A stretch of 64,000 bases of DNA, taken from the IMG/VR virus record IMGVR_UViG_3300020401_000014, positions 32,001 through 96,000 of that record; one strand, 5' to 3'. Positions within the stretch are counted from its first letter, which is position 1. Every line of letters begins with the position of its first letter. This document shows positions 53,576 to 63,301 of the stretch, piece by piece. The notes below the pieces were generated by a model that searched no databases, was not told where the DNA came from, and saw only the letters and a program-made list of their open reading frames with translations. The position numbers were made by a program, and so were the translations under genes. This DNA comes from a virus.

Positions 53576-54346
53576 TTATTTTTCTAAGCAATAACTCCAA
53601 TAGCGAGAATTTCTTCTGCCTTGAACTTTGTTCCAATAGATTTCTCTAGCAACATTCGGAGCGACTCCATACTTGTTGCAACGATCAAGCCACTCGTTTT
53701 CCATATGCTCATAGACCGCAAGATTCGATGCGTGACCATTAGAAAGATCGTGACCCATGAAGCGAAGCAAGTGAACATCCAAGCAACATAGTTGCGAATC
53801 GGTTGGATTAGACAATGCAATGGCATAGGTTGTCTTTGCGTTGCCAAGACCATAAATTTGACCGATCATGCGATTACGAAACTCTTGCCATGTTTCGTCA
53901 TCTTGCTTGTAGAACTGACTTGGGTTCTCACGAAACTTTTCTACAAGTTGCCATAAGCCAATGTTTCTACGCTTGTTGATGCCAACCCTAGCATCCGTAA
54001 CCATGTTTGCTAGAACATCTTTGTCAAGAGTCCATGACATATCTTTTGTTGCGTATTCGTATCCACGCACATTAGATTCCCATGTGGTATGTACTGACAT
54101 GATGGCAAAGACCCAACGCTTGAAGCACTCTGCATGAGAGTCAACCTTGAGGCTATCCCAATAGTCGGTTTCTGTCTTAACAAGCTTGAGCGTAAGATTG
54201 TCAAAGAAGCGATCAACATTCTTGAGTTGATCCACTTTGTGCAATGCTTGAGCTTGCTCAACATTTTGCTTAAAGGGAAATAGCATCTGATCGAAACTAT
54301 TCGTTAAATCAAAATTTAATAATTTTTCTGTTAGTGTGATTTGCAT
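53576..54346 (-). CDS. second HhH DNA glycosylase-like protein
   Basis: IYGLGNAKTTYAI HhH-like motif and CLDVHLLRF; ATG 54346 preferred. Confidence 0.65.
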   Translation of the reverse strand: MQITLTEKLLNFDLTNSFDQMLFPFKQNVEQAQALHKVDQLKNVDRFFDNLTLKLVKTETDYWDSLKVDSHAECFKRWVFAIMSVHTTWESNVRGYEYATKDMSWTLDKDVLANMVTDARVGINKRRNIGLWQLVEKFRENPSQFYKQDDETWQEFRNRMIGQIYGLGNAKTTYAIALSNPTDSQLCCLDVHLLRFMGHDLSNGHASNLAVYEHMENEWLDRCNKYGVAPNVAREIYWNKVQGRRNSRYWSYCLEK

Positions 54347-54437
54347 GATGTAAATAAGTATTGAGGAAAAATGCTTGATTGTCAAGCTTTTTCTGAAAAT
54401 GCTTATAAGTTTCTCATTATAAGTCGTTTAAATATAA

Positions 54438-55625
54438 TTACTCGTAATCTCTGAATGCAAGTGCATACGGAAATCGTGGAATGCCATCGGGAGTTAGTTC
54501 AAAGAATTTAATTGTAGCATATTTGCCAATGTAATCATCCTTATTATTTAGAATTTCTGCTAGATAGTCAAAGTTACCCTTAATATTTGAGTTGAAATGT
54601 TTATCTTGTTTGGGACAATAACATACAAGATGCTTTGCCGTTCCTGTTCTATTTCCATTACCCTCTTCAATATCTGTTACAAGATATTCTGCATCCATAA
54701 AATCTTTACGCTTGAGTAGTTTTGCACTACGCTTGCCTTGTTCGTATCCATGATTAATGCGGATCATTTGACCTTCGTAGCCACTACCTATATATCGTTT
54801 ATATATATCATTAAGATCATCCCTGTCAAACGCAACTTGGGTATTAACCATTTTTATATATTCACTATCAAATATATCCATGCCAAAGAAACGCTCTGTA
54901 AATAAATCTGTTGGTTCATTTACATTTGTTTGCGGAATATCGTATATCCAATATTGAACAAGCGATCTTGATTCTAGCAAAGCATTATTAAATTTATTTA
55001 CTTTATTTAAATAAGATTTATCTGTATCTGATTTACTACGAACAGGTTTTTGTTTTCTTACTAATGAAACTATTTTATTAAAATCATGTTTCAAGTCGTG
55101 ATTATATAATTCACCATCAAGTACCATTGTAGGATCATCTTCAAAATATTGAGAGAGTTCTTCTGTAATGTGTGGGACTGCATCAATCACTCTGCCATTA
55201 CGAGTCCTCGCAACGACTTCATCTCCTTCTTTGCGTACAATACAACGAATACCATCTAGCTTTGGTTGGGAATAAACAACTTGTTTTGAGTATGCTTCTT
55301 CAACTTCTGCCTTGCGATCATCATAAGATTGTGCAAGCATGGGGTCAAAATAAGACTTTGACTCTGCATCTTCGGGAGTCTTAGCATAACCTTCTTTGAG
55401 TTTCTTTTCCCATTTTGCCATTGCTTCTAAAACCGCTTGCTCTGCATCGGTAGTCTCATTACTTCTTCCTATATTTTTAGCAGTAGAAGTTGTTGGTTTA
55501 TCTTGCGTTAGCTTCATGCCAACTAAACCCTTTACTGCATAAAAGGAGTTGTCATCAATGTGCATCGTCCATTCTCTAAGTCTGCCTTGAGAATCTACTT
55601 TGTATAGTTTTTCTAGTGTTTGCAT
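54438..55625 (-). CDS. lig: ATP-dependent DNA ligase
   Basis: QPKLDGIRC (KxDG), LDGELY, YEGQMIR, LLKRKDF, GIPRFP; start ATG 55625 by the promoter rule. Confidence 0.92.
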   Translation of the reverse strand: MQTLEKLYKVDSQGRLREWTMHIDDNSFYAVKGLVGMKLTQDKPTTSTAKNIGRSNETTDAEQAVLEAMAKWEKKLKEGYAKTPEDAESKSYFDPMLAQSYDDRKAEVEEAYSKQVVYSQPKLDGIRCIVRKEGDEVVARTRNGRVIDAVPHITEELSQYFEDDPTMVLDGELYNHDLKHDFNKIVSLVRKQKPVRSKSDTDKSYLNKVNKFNNALLESRSLVQYWIYDIPQTNVNEPTDLFTERFFGMDIFDSEYIKMVNTQVAFDRDDLNDIYKRYIGSGYEGQMIRINHGYEQGKRSAKLLKRKDFMDAEYLVTDIEEGNGNRTGTAKHLVCYCPKQDKHFNSNIKGNFDYLAEILNNKDDYIGKYATIKFFELTPDGIPRFPYALAFRDYE

Positions 55626-55667
55626 AAGTTTAATATGACAGAGTTTGATGCCCCTGTCAAGCATTTT

Positions 55668-55787
55668 TTAAATCCAAGTGACTTTTCCACCATCGAGTTC
55701 TTCTTGGGTGACTTCTACCCAATCGCCACTCTCCATGTCTTGATACCAAAAAGAGTCGGTATAGCTATCGTATTTTAATGAGTCCAT
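55668..55787 (-). CDS. 39-aa acidic peptide
   Basis: MDSLKYDSYTDSFWYQDMESGDW...; TAATG coupling. Confidence 0.5.
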   Translation of the reverse strand: MDSLKYDSYTDSFWYQDMESGDWVEVTQEELDGGKVTWI

Positions 55788-56020
55788 TATTGTATTCTTC
55801 CGTTGCCATCAAGCACATTGCGTAAGCAACTTGACTGACCCTTGCGAGAGGTCATGCGTTTAGCATTGTCAAATGCTTCGCTTGATTTATATTGTACCAT
55901 GATGGGTGTTGATTTGTCAAGATAGACTACCATACCCTTGCGAGGTTGAGAGTCTGCTTGTCGTTTTGCGTTCGCAATAGAACGCTCAATGTCTTGTAAG
56001 AATGCTTGTGCGGTGTTCAT
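55787..56020 (-). CDS. hypothetical protein
   Basis: TTGACA-17-TAGTCT-7-ATG. Confidence 0.65.
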   Translation of the reverse strand: MNTAQAFLQDIERSIANAKRQADSQPRKGMVVYLDKSTPIMVQYKSSEAFDNAKRMTSRKGQSSCLRNVLDGNGRIQ

Positions 56021-56064
56021 GTTAATAAGACTAAAGACAACCACAAAAGTTGTCAAGCCTAAAA

Positions 56065-56271
56065 TTAATCTTCAGCAGTAGCGATGACAAAAAGCTGAAC
56101 CCCATCCTTGCCATCTCCACACAAACCAAAAGTATCGACTACCTCTTGGAAGATTGCTCCATCTTCGGGATATATATTAAGTATTTGTCCAACTTTGTCT
56201 CCTTTATTTGGCTTTGCCAAATCCCAATTATGCTTTTTTAATAAAGCCATTTGTTGTTTATTTAATTTCAT
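56065..56271 (-). CDS. hypothetical protein
   Basis: Operon ORF. Confidence 0.55.
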   Translation of the reverse strand: MKLNKQQMALLKKHNWDLAKPNKGDKVGQILNIYPEDGAIFQEVVDTFGLCGDGKDGVQLFVIATAED

Positions 56272-56272
56272 A

Positions 56273-56503
56273 TCAAGAACCTAAGAAACCCGATATTTCC
56301 CATACATCATCAAAGCCAAGCAAAGCCTCTGTATCTCCACCAATGTAATCTCCGTAAAAGCCATCTTTATTTTCAACAATTAAAGTATGTCTTGATTTTT
56401 GAATAGATTTTACAATACCTTCTTGTTCAATATCACTCTTAAAACCAACCCATTCGCCAACTTTAAGATCAAAAGTTTCATCCCATTTATTTGTTATTTT
56501 CAT
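56273..56503 (-). CDS. SH3-like small protein
   Basis: LKVGEWVGFKSDIEQEG.V; ATG 56503 preferred. Confidence 0.6.
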   Translation of the reverse strand: MKITNKWDETFDLKVGEWVGFKSDIEQEGIVKSIQKSRHTLIVENKDGFYGDYIGGDTEALLGFDDVWEISGFLGS

Positions 56504-56672
56504 TATTGTCTCCAAATAATTCATTCCATTCTTCTTCAATTTCAAGATCAGAAATATTATCTAATCCTTCAAATCCATCTACAAGTAAATTTATAATATC
56601 TGCAATATTCATATTCTGTGCTTCTCGTTCTGCAAGATCATATCGCATATCATCTACATCTCGTTTACTCAT
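56487..56672 (-). CDS. small acidic protein
   Basis: ATGA coupling. Confidence 0.6.
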   Translation of the reverse strand: MSKRDVDDMRYDLAEREAQNMNIADIINLLVDGFEGLDNISDLEIEEEWNELFGDNNENNK

Positions 56673-56806
56673 TTCTTTCGCTTATTATATTTACTGCCAT
56701 TTCCAAAAGCACCTGTTGGAGTCGCAACTCCACCCTTTGAGCCTGTCTTGCCTTTGCCTAGCTTTTTCTTGCCAATAAGATATTTATTAATATTTATTTG
56801 TTTCAT
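56669..56806 (-). CDS. 45-aa Lys/Gly-rich peptide
   Basis: MKQININKYLIGKKKLGKGKTGSKGGVATPTGAFGNGSKYNKRKK; TTGACA-17-TAGTGT-7-ATG. Confidence 0.65.
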   Translation of the reverse strand: MKQININKYLIGKKKLGKGKTGSKGGVATPTGAFGNGSKYNKRKK

Positions 56807-57049
56807 GCAAATAACACTAGACTAAAATCGGGAGTTTGTCAAGCAATTATTTTTTGAGCGGTGGAAATCTGCCCCAATTACCCATGCCATCGTAGTCTGC
56901 AAAGTCACCCATATATTCATTTATATATACATGAGAGGTTTTATTTGGCTTATTGGATTTTACTTTTTTAGTCGTAAAAAATTTTAGAATATATTTAATC
57001 ATAGTATTTGTTGCAATGTATATAACGATTCAAACTAAGAAACGGATCA

Positions 57050-57268
57050 TTAATAATCATTTTCATGCACTTCTTGCTCCATCTCTTTTTTTATTTCTTT
57101 ATATATTTTATGTAACAAATCTTTTTGAGCATTATAAACGAGAAGCTTATCGTCTTTATTTGAACTATTTACTCTAGGATACTCTATTTGGCGATCAACA
57201 CTTCTTACTGCATACAATGCCATGTTAAATCCATGCCTTGCCCCACTATTAAATTCATCGTGTGCCAT
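57050..57268 (-). CDS. hypothetical protein
   Basis: ORF. Confidence 0.5.
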   Translation of the reverse strand: MAHDEFNSGARHGFNMALYAVRSVDRQIEYPRVNSSNKDDKLLVYNAQKDLLHKIYKEIKKEMEQEVHENDY

Positions 57269-57376
57269 TACTTCTTAAATTTATTATCAATCCAAACTTT
57301 ATAAGTATAGAGTGCCATCAACATAAATGTCAACAACAAACCATCAGTCCAAGATAAATCCCATAATTCTTTTATT

Positions 57377-57637
57377 TCACTCATATTTACTTATTTCTCC
57401 ATTTTTTAAATTTAATTCTCTTTCAATTTCTTTGGCAACATTTTCACCAACAGATATTTCGTGATCTTTAGATAAAGTTTCTAATAGCTCAACTAAATTT
57501 TTTCCTGTTTTATCTCTGCCTTCTTCTCCCGCAAAAAATAAATTATCTTTAGTTTGCAAAATAAAATCATTGTTTACTCTAAGTAATATATGATTTATTG
57601 CATCCTCGCTACCTCTTACTCCTAATTGTATTTTCAT
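57377..57637 (-). CDS. hypothetical protein
   Basis: ORF. Confidence 0.55.
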   Translation of the reverse strand: MKIQLGVRGSEDAINHILLRVNNDFILQTKDNLFFAGEEGRDKTGKNLVELLETLSKDHEISVGENVAKEIERELNLKNGEISKYE

Positions 57638-57829
57638 TCGTAATTACTCAATAGAAATAATGAAAACAAACATAATAAAATAACCATCAATAATAAACTC
57701 ATATTATTTAGAAAATATTTTTTTGTAAATAGAAACCATAATATATAATGCTAATGGACATACTGCTGAAATCAAAAAACTAAACCAAGGCTCAGAAATC
57801 ATTGCAAAGTTTACTTAAATATATTTTTA

Positions 57830-58357
57830 TCAATTCCAATTCCAATTATTGAAAGAAAATTTACTATCAATATTTGCCCCATTTTTTGTTACCCTAATAA
57901 GAACAAAATTTTTAATGTATTTCCGTTTTAATAAATCATCAACGCAATTCGTAAGTCTTGTAATATGTTTACTCTGCATACTTGATTGTGTTTCATTAAT
58001 AACAAAAACATAACTAAAAGATTTAATTTTATTTATATATTTCGAGATGTACGCTTGTCCCGCCATCTCCTCAATTCTGTTGTTTATATTTTTAGCAAAG
58101 GAAGTCGCAGATATAGACTTTAATTCAATCGCATCCTTGGTTTTATTTGCAAAAAACTTATTCAGAAAATGAGTTTTATTTTTAAAAACCAAATCATACC
58201 TTTTATTGCCAACTTTACTTTTACAAATAATTTTATTTTTAGTAATTATTTTCTTATTTAAATAATCATAAACAGAATCTAAATGCTTGTCGCTTTTAAC
58301 TTGATTACCAATCGCAGAGCAATCAGAAACTAATTTATTTCTTTGGGTTTGATTCAC
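57830..58357 (-). CDS. PD-(D/E)xK nuclease, XhoI/PaeR7I-like
   Basis: K.YDLV...AIELKS..SF.KN.NNR.EE..G motif. Confidence 0.6.
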   Translation of the reverse strand: MNQTQRNKLVSDCSAIGNQVKSDKHLDSVYDYLNKKIITKNKIICKSKVGNKRYDLVFKNKTHFLNKFFANKTKDAIELKSISATSFAKNINNRIEEMAGQAYISKYINKIKSFSYVFVINETQSSMQSKHITRLTNCVDDLLKRKYIKNFVLIRVTKNGANIDSKFSFNNWNWN

Positions 58358-58472
58358 TTTTAATTACATATTTTGCAATCAATGGATGTTTCTACGCAAT
58401 AACAACTATTTAATATATTTATTGCAGAGCAACCACACAAAAATGCAGTAATTAAAATAATTATAAATTTTT

Positions 58473-58697
58473 TCATTTTACTTGCCTCTTGTACTCCCAT
58501 ACTTCAGTTTGTATTTGATCGTCTAGTGTTTTAGATACAGATTTTTGTAAAGTAAGAATTGAAGCGTCAATAAAGCCAAGCCTATTAAACTCTGCGTCAT
58601 TCAAGCTAGAACCCATATCTAGATCGTCAAGAATTAGCTCGCATGAACTAATTATTTGCTTTAAAAGTATTTCTTCTTTTGATTCGTTGTGATTCAT
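58473..58697 (-). CDS. hypothetical protein
   Basis: TTGACT-17-TAGTAT-7-ATG. Confidence 0.7.
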   Translation of the reverse strand: MNHNESKEEILLKQIISSCELILDDLDMGSSLNDAEFNRLGFIDASILTLQKSVSKTLDDQIQTEVWEYKRQVK

Positions 58698-58958
58698 GGT
58701 AATAATACTACCAATATAAAACTAAAAAGTCAAGCAAAATTATTGATTTAACGAAGATAATAAAATTAAACAGTATTTATCAACTTCTATCTCAATCTCT
58801 TTTGCAAGTTGTTTGCGAAAAGACTCACTTGCCATGTTCGGCTGAAGGTCTTTGTATTTGTTTAATATATTTTCTATTCTTTGATGTAAGTCCATTATTT
58901 TTATTAATTGGGTTATTTGTAGATTGCCTAATGCAACCCTCGATTATAGAATAACCTG

Positions 58959-59258
58959 TCATTCTTTTATTAAACCTTCTGATTCTAATAAACAAAACGA
59001 CATTGATTCTAATTCAAAACTTGCTTGCTTTTCGCTAAAAAATTTATGTCTGTCATCTAGTCTTTTAAATAGATTACTCGCCACTTCAATTCTTTGATTA
59101 TATGGCAATATATTTAAATCATTTACAATTTCCTTCCAAAAAGCATACGAAAATCTTTTTCTAATTTTTTTATATGAATGAAAGGTTTTGAGGTCTTTCT
59201 GTTTTAATGGAAAACCTCTTTCCCAACATCTGTGCATATGTGATTTAGTCGGTATCAT
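58959..59258 (-). CDS. hypothetical protein
   Basis: Operon ORF. Confidence 0.55.
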   Translation of the reverse strand: MIPTKSHMHRCWERGFPLKQKDLKTFHSYKKIRKRFSYAFWKEIVNDLNILPYNQRIEVASNLFKRLDDRHKFFSEKQASFELESMSFCLLESEGLIKE

Positions 59259-59448
59259 CGCAACCTTTTATAGCTTTTGATGGCTCATAATCTTTATTGA
59301 ATTGTGAGAAGAAAGAACCATATTGATCATAAAACGCATTTACTACTTCAACTGCTTTTAATATTCTTAAATGCTCGTCTGTTCTTTCTCCCAAGGCAGA
59401 TATTTCTGCTTCATTTGCGACAATCTGTAATGCCTCTTTAAGATTCAT
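59245..59448 (-). CDS. hypothetical protein
   Basis: MNLKEALQIV; N-terminus resembles the neighbour MEIEEAIKII. Confidence 0.6.
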   Translation of the reverse strand: MNLKEALQIVANEAEISALGERTDEHLRILKAVEVVNAFYDQYGSFFSQFNKDYEPSKAIKGCDDTD

Positions 59449-59635
59449 TTGTTTTATCGGATGGGATGTAGTCGGGCATTGGAGTGTCAGGAGTTGTTCC
59501 TTGCAATTCAAAGAATTGAACCATTGATTTTACAAGTGCCAACGCTTGTTGTTTACCAATAGATTTTTCTTTAGATTCATTAATATGTTCTTCCGCTTCA
59601 TTTACGATAATTTTAATTGCTTCTTCTATTTCCAT
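59438..59635 (-). CDS. hypothetical protein
   Basis: TAATG coupling. Confidence 0.6.
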   Translation of the reverse strand: MEIEEAIKIIVNEAEEHINESKEKSIGKQQALALVKSMVQFFELQGTTPDTPMPDYIPSDKTNES

Positions 59636-59880
59636 TATTTTAAATTTCCTTGTTTAATTAATTGTTCCATGCACTCCCAAGTCGCATCGCATCTCACTTT
59701 ATGCAACTCCATCATGCCTATTAAAATATTCATTTTTTGATCTTCTGTTAAACTTTCTTCTGTATCAAATTCTTTGTGCATCATGGATTCAATATCTTCA
59801 GTTATTTGATAAAGTGAGGTAATAAGTTCTTCTAGCTTGAATCGATCTACTTCTTTTTTAATCGGTGTAATAATTTCCAT
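59635..59880 (-). CDS. conserved phage protein
   Basis: DRFKLEE.I..NILIGM.ELH..R..LW..EQL motif. Confidence 0.7.
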   Translation of the reverse strand: MEIITPIKKEVDRFKLEELITSLYQITEDIESMMHKEFDTEESLTEDQKMNILIGMMELHKVRCDATWECMEQLIKQGNLK

Positions 59881-59890
59881 AATTGTAATC

Positions 59891-61003
59891 TTATACTAAT
59901 TCTGCTTTGTTGTCAACTGCATTTTCCCAACCTTCTGCATAACCTTTTGTATAATGATAATTAGATGTTGGAGAATGTAATTCCATGCCTTCAATCAGTT
60001 TTTGTATAGCAATATCTTTGAGCTTTACTTCGCATTCCCATTTAGCTTCGTTATTTGGATCAATAGCAATAACAGGGGGATAGTTGCCTAGTGCAAAATA
60101 ATCTGCGTGTGACCTTGGCTTTTCGGGTTTACCTTCTGACCAATGGAAGACAGGAGCAATGAAATCTCCGCTATCTTGATCTACCCATGTATACGCACAA
60201 CGCTCTGCTTGGAATGTAGTGTTGCGTTCTTCTGATGGATTGCAAAAGTCGTGAAGATTGTCGTAGCAAACAGGAAGGTTGAAATTGTATTTGTGAAATA
60301 TATATTCACTAAATGAAATAATATTGTCTACATTCCAAAAACCTTTGTCTTCGTTTTCGATAGTTAGACGATTAAAAACACCTTCATCACAACGCATAAG
60401 ATTATTGTAAAATCTATCTGCCATTTCTTTGATACGAGCGTTGTTGATCGAGAAAGGGTCTAAATCCATTTTGTCGGATATTTCGGGCGGTGTAGCATTG
60501 ATATGAATATTCATGGGTGCTTCATGGGTTTGTGGCAATCCCATTGTGTCCATAATCCACGCTTGCATATTAAGTTCTACAATCGTTTTGTTCACCGATG
60601 TTTCATTAGTTGAGGCAAGCACATTGAATTGATCGGGGTGCATACCTACTGATATTCCATAATCTTCTGCCATGAAACCTGCAAGCAGAAGTTCTCGTTT
60701 GACTATATCAAGATTATGTATGTCTGAAATAGATAGATCAAGAGTTGGGTCACTAATGAGAGGCAATATATTACTACTGAGCCTGTAATGAGCAAGCCCA
60801 ATATCACGACAATGTGAAAGTATATGTTGAGTTGCATACGCATTGTGCAAAATTCTTTCAGAAAGTTCTTTAATCGCTTCATACCTGTCATGTTTTACAC
60901 ACAGATCATTAAAACGCTTGCGAGTCATCGTGCGAAAAGAATATTTTTGTTTATCTTTGAGCTTGAGTTGCTCGCTGATGCAAGTAAGTCCTAATTTAGT
61001 CAT
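59891..61003 (-). CDS. uvsE: UV-damage endonuclease
   Basis: YRLSS, MHPDQF.VL.S, NIH, LTIENED, P.CYD.LH, FHWSE, RSHADY, E.KLKD.A. Confidence 0.92.
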   Translation of the reverse strand: MTKLGLTCISEQLKLKDKQKYSFRTMTRKRFNDLCVKHDRYEAIKELSERILHNAYATQHILSHCRDIGLAHYRLSSNILPLISDPTLDLSISDIHNLDIVKRELLLAGFMAEDYGISVGMHPDQFNVLASTNETSVNKTIVELNMQAWIMDTMGLPQTHEAPMNIHINATPPEISDKMDLDPFSINNARIKEMADRFYNNLMRCDEGVFNRLTIENEDKGFWNVDNIISFSEYIFHKYNFNLPVCYDNLHDFCNPSEERNTTFQAERCAYTWVDQDSGDFIAPVFHWSEGKPEKPRSHADYFALGNYPPVIAIDPNNEAKWECEVKLKDIAIQKLIEGMELHSPTSNYHYTKGYAEGWENAVDNKAELV

Positions 61004-61042
61004 GTAAGAATAATCTCATAGATTGATTGGTTTGTCAAGCAA

Positions 61043-61294
61043 TTAATTTTTTTCATTGATTGATAGGTTGAGATGATAGTCGTCCTCTGATTTACTGATA
61101 GTAATATTTACATCACTACAATCTTCACTATACATGAGAAAAGCAATGATGTCTTGAATATTGCTTGGGCTAAGACCGCCATGCGTTGACCCTGTTGAAT
61201 AAGTCCCAAGCTTTTCCATCGTTTCGATTATTAAATTCTTTAGTTCTTCTTGAGAAGATGGGGGAAGTTCATTATCGTTATTAAAACTTATCAT
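61043..61294 (-). CDS. hypothetical protein
   Basis: ORF. Confidence 0.55.
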   Translation of the reverse strand: MISFNNDNELPPSSQEELKNLIIETMEKLGTYSTGSTHGGLSPSNIQDIIAFLMYSEDCSDVNITISKSEDDYHLNLSINEKN

Positions 61295-61482
61295 TTTCTG
61301 CTAAAAATAAAATCAATGATAATAATAAATGCAATGATCGCACCCATTATCATTTCCATAGACATAAAGTTTATTTCTTTTTCCAATTTATTTGCTCGTA
61401 ATTTCTTTTGAATTTATTTGAAACATTTCTAGGCGAATCACCCTTGCCATTCTGACCTTTTGATTGAGAGGATTTATTTGGC

Positions 61483-61710
61483 TTACTTGTCTTTGCAGTC
61501 TTCGCTTTCAAAATATTTCTCTAAACCTTCTAGGCGATCAATCGCATCAATATACATACAGAGAGCTTGCTCTGCATTTTTATAATAATCATCAGTAGAA
61601 TGATCTCCAATACCAACTGCGTGATTAGATAACAAATCAAGCGTAAGCTTTGCTTTGTCCAAGTCTGCGTGGGCAGAACTTTTTAACATATTATATAATT
61701 CACTCTTCAT
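61483..61710 (-). CDS. conserved phage protein
   Basis: KAKLTL.LL..HAVGIGDHS motif. Confidence 0.75.
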   Translation of the reverse strand: MKSELYNMLKSSAHADLDKAKLTLDLLSNHAVGIGDHSTDDYYKNAEQALCMYIDAIDRLEGLEKYFESEDCKDK

Positions 61711-61787
61711 TTTTAAATATTAACATAAAACTTGCATAAATACAATAACAAAGCACTCCAATGGCACAAAAACTTTGCCAAAACCAA

Positions 61788-62549
61788 TTAATTATTTTTT
61801 TCATTTGTAAATTCGGGATAAAATTTTCCATATTGAGGTAGATAGTGTTTGATTTGCATATCAGATAAATCTTTTAAATGTTTATTATTTTGCATTAAAC
61901 TAGATGACTGCCTGTACCAATCTTGAATACATATTCTAGGTAAAGAATAGTAGGTTTTTTCTTGCATTGGTGCTTGTATATATCCGATCAAGTCTTCAAC
62001 ACAGGTGTTTGGCTCTTTATCAATAAAAGTCATTAACTCTTTATGTCGATCCAACATTAAATTAATTGCATTGCGACTATAATAAAAACCGCCAAGACAA
62101 CAAGCAAAATTAAATCCGTTATAAAAATAAATATCATTATGGTTGGGTGCATTGTTTAATATATGATATGGAATTCTATCAAATTTAATTATATCTACAT
62201 CGTTATTTTGTATAAATTCATTAACAATGCCTCTCCAATTATTTACAAATATTACATCATCCTCAAAAACAAAAACATGATCTAAACCCATATCTTGGGC
62301 GGTCTGAATGCATTTAACATGGTTCTTGTATAAAGATAAAAATTGCTCTGAACGAGTTGAAGACGCAGAAAACTTCTCCGCTTCAATGAAAAAATAATTT
62401 TTATTTAGACGAGTACGCATTCGCTCGGCTTTGCCTGAATCAACAGAAATAACAATCGAAAAAATGAATTCTTCAAAAGAAGCGTCATTGTTTATTTTTA
62501 TAAAATTATTATTAAATTCAATAGAATTAATGTATCTAAGTTGACTCAT
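61788..62549 (-). CDS. GT25-family glycosyltransferase
   Basis: R.ERM, A.KF, H...IQ.A...G.DH.FVFEDDV, C.GG.YYS. Confidence 0.75.
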   Translation of the reverse strand: MSQLRYINSIEFNNNFIKINNDASFEEFIFSIVISVDSGKAERMRTRLNKNYFFIEAEKFSASSTRSEQFLSLYKNHVKCIQTAQDMGLDHVFVFEDDVIFVNNWRGIVNEFIQNNDVDIIKFDRIPYHILNNAPNHNDIYFYNGFNFACCLGGFYYSRNAINLMLDRHKELMTFIDKEPNTCVEDLIGYIQAPMQEKTYYSLPRICIQDWYRQSSSLMQNNKHLKDLSDMQIKHYLPQYGKFYPEFTNEKNN

Positions 62550-62881
62550 TTATTGTAAGCATACAAAGCGTCTTTTGTACTAATATTTATATTTCTAGTG
62601 CTTTTCTCAATTTTCTTTCTGCACTCTATATTTGATTTGTACATCTCTTGTTGAAACTTTAGTTCGGTTTTTGCCCCTTGCAAAGTAGAAATAGCTTTAT
62701 TTTCAGTCATTTTGCCATGAAGGACTTGGGTGACACAAATTTTTACTTCTCTTGCAGTAATCCGATAAGGAAAGTTTCTGCAAAGAAACTTATAAAACTT
62801 ACCGCTTATTTTTCCGTGCTTTAATTTCTTGTGCAAGAATCTTCTGTACGCACAATTTTTAGTATTATGTAATGTTTTCAT
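62546..62881 (-). CDS. basic hypothetical protein
   Basis: ATGA coupling. Confidence 0.55.
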   Translation of the reverse strand: MKTLHNTKNCAYRRFLHKKLKHGKISGKFYKFLCRNFPYRITAREVKICVTQVLHGKMTENKAISTLQGAKTELKFQQEMYKSNIECRKKIEKSTRNINISTKDALYAYNK

Positions 62882-63096
62882 TTATTTCGTCTTTTTTTAT
62901 TCATCCAATATTGAGAGCTTTGTCTTAATTGGTCATTAGATTCTCTGACATATTCTAAAACGCTACTTGCTATTTCAATTTTTGTATCAGTATAAATTGA
63001 CTTTGGGGAATCTTTTACTTCTTCCAAGATGTGTTGGATAAAATCTATATAGGGGCAGGTTAAACTAGGAACTTCGGGGGAGTTATCTTTTTGCAT
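62878..63096 (-). CDS. hypothetical protein
   Basis: VPSLTCPYID motif; coupled ORF. Confidence 0.6.
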   Translation of the reverse strand: MQKDNSPEVPSLTCPYIDFIQHILEEVKDSPKSIYTDTKIEIASSVLEYVRESNDQLRQSSQYWMNKKRRNK

Positions 63097-63301
63097 CTTT
63101 TTTTAATTTGTGCCTATTAAGAAAATCGCTACATTGAAGTAGTAAAGTGTCTGTCTCCCAATCTTCTTTTGACAAGAAAGATTGATTATCAAGCAAAGAT
63201 TGAGCGTGAGCTATTATTTGATGAAGTAAAATTTGTCGATCAACTTTTTGTACTCTTTTCATTATTTATATAATGATGACATATTTTTAAATATTTGTCA
63301 A

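Noticed and set aside
54420-54444. Extra copy of the 25-bp palindrome
   Set aside because: Single, degenerate right arm and no partner at 52 bp
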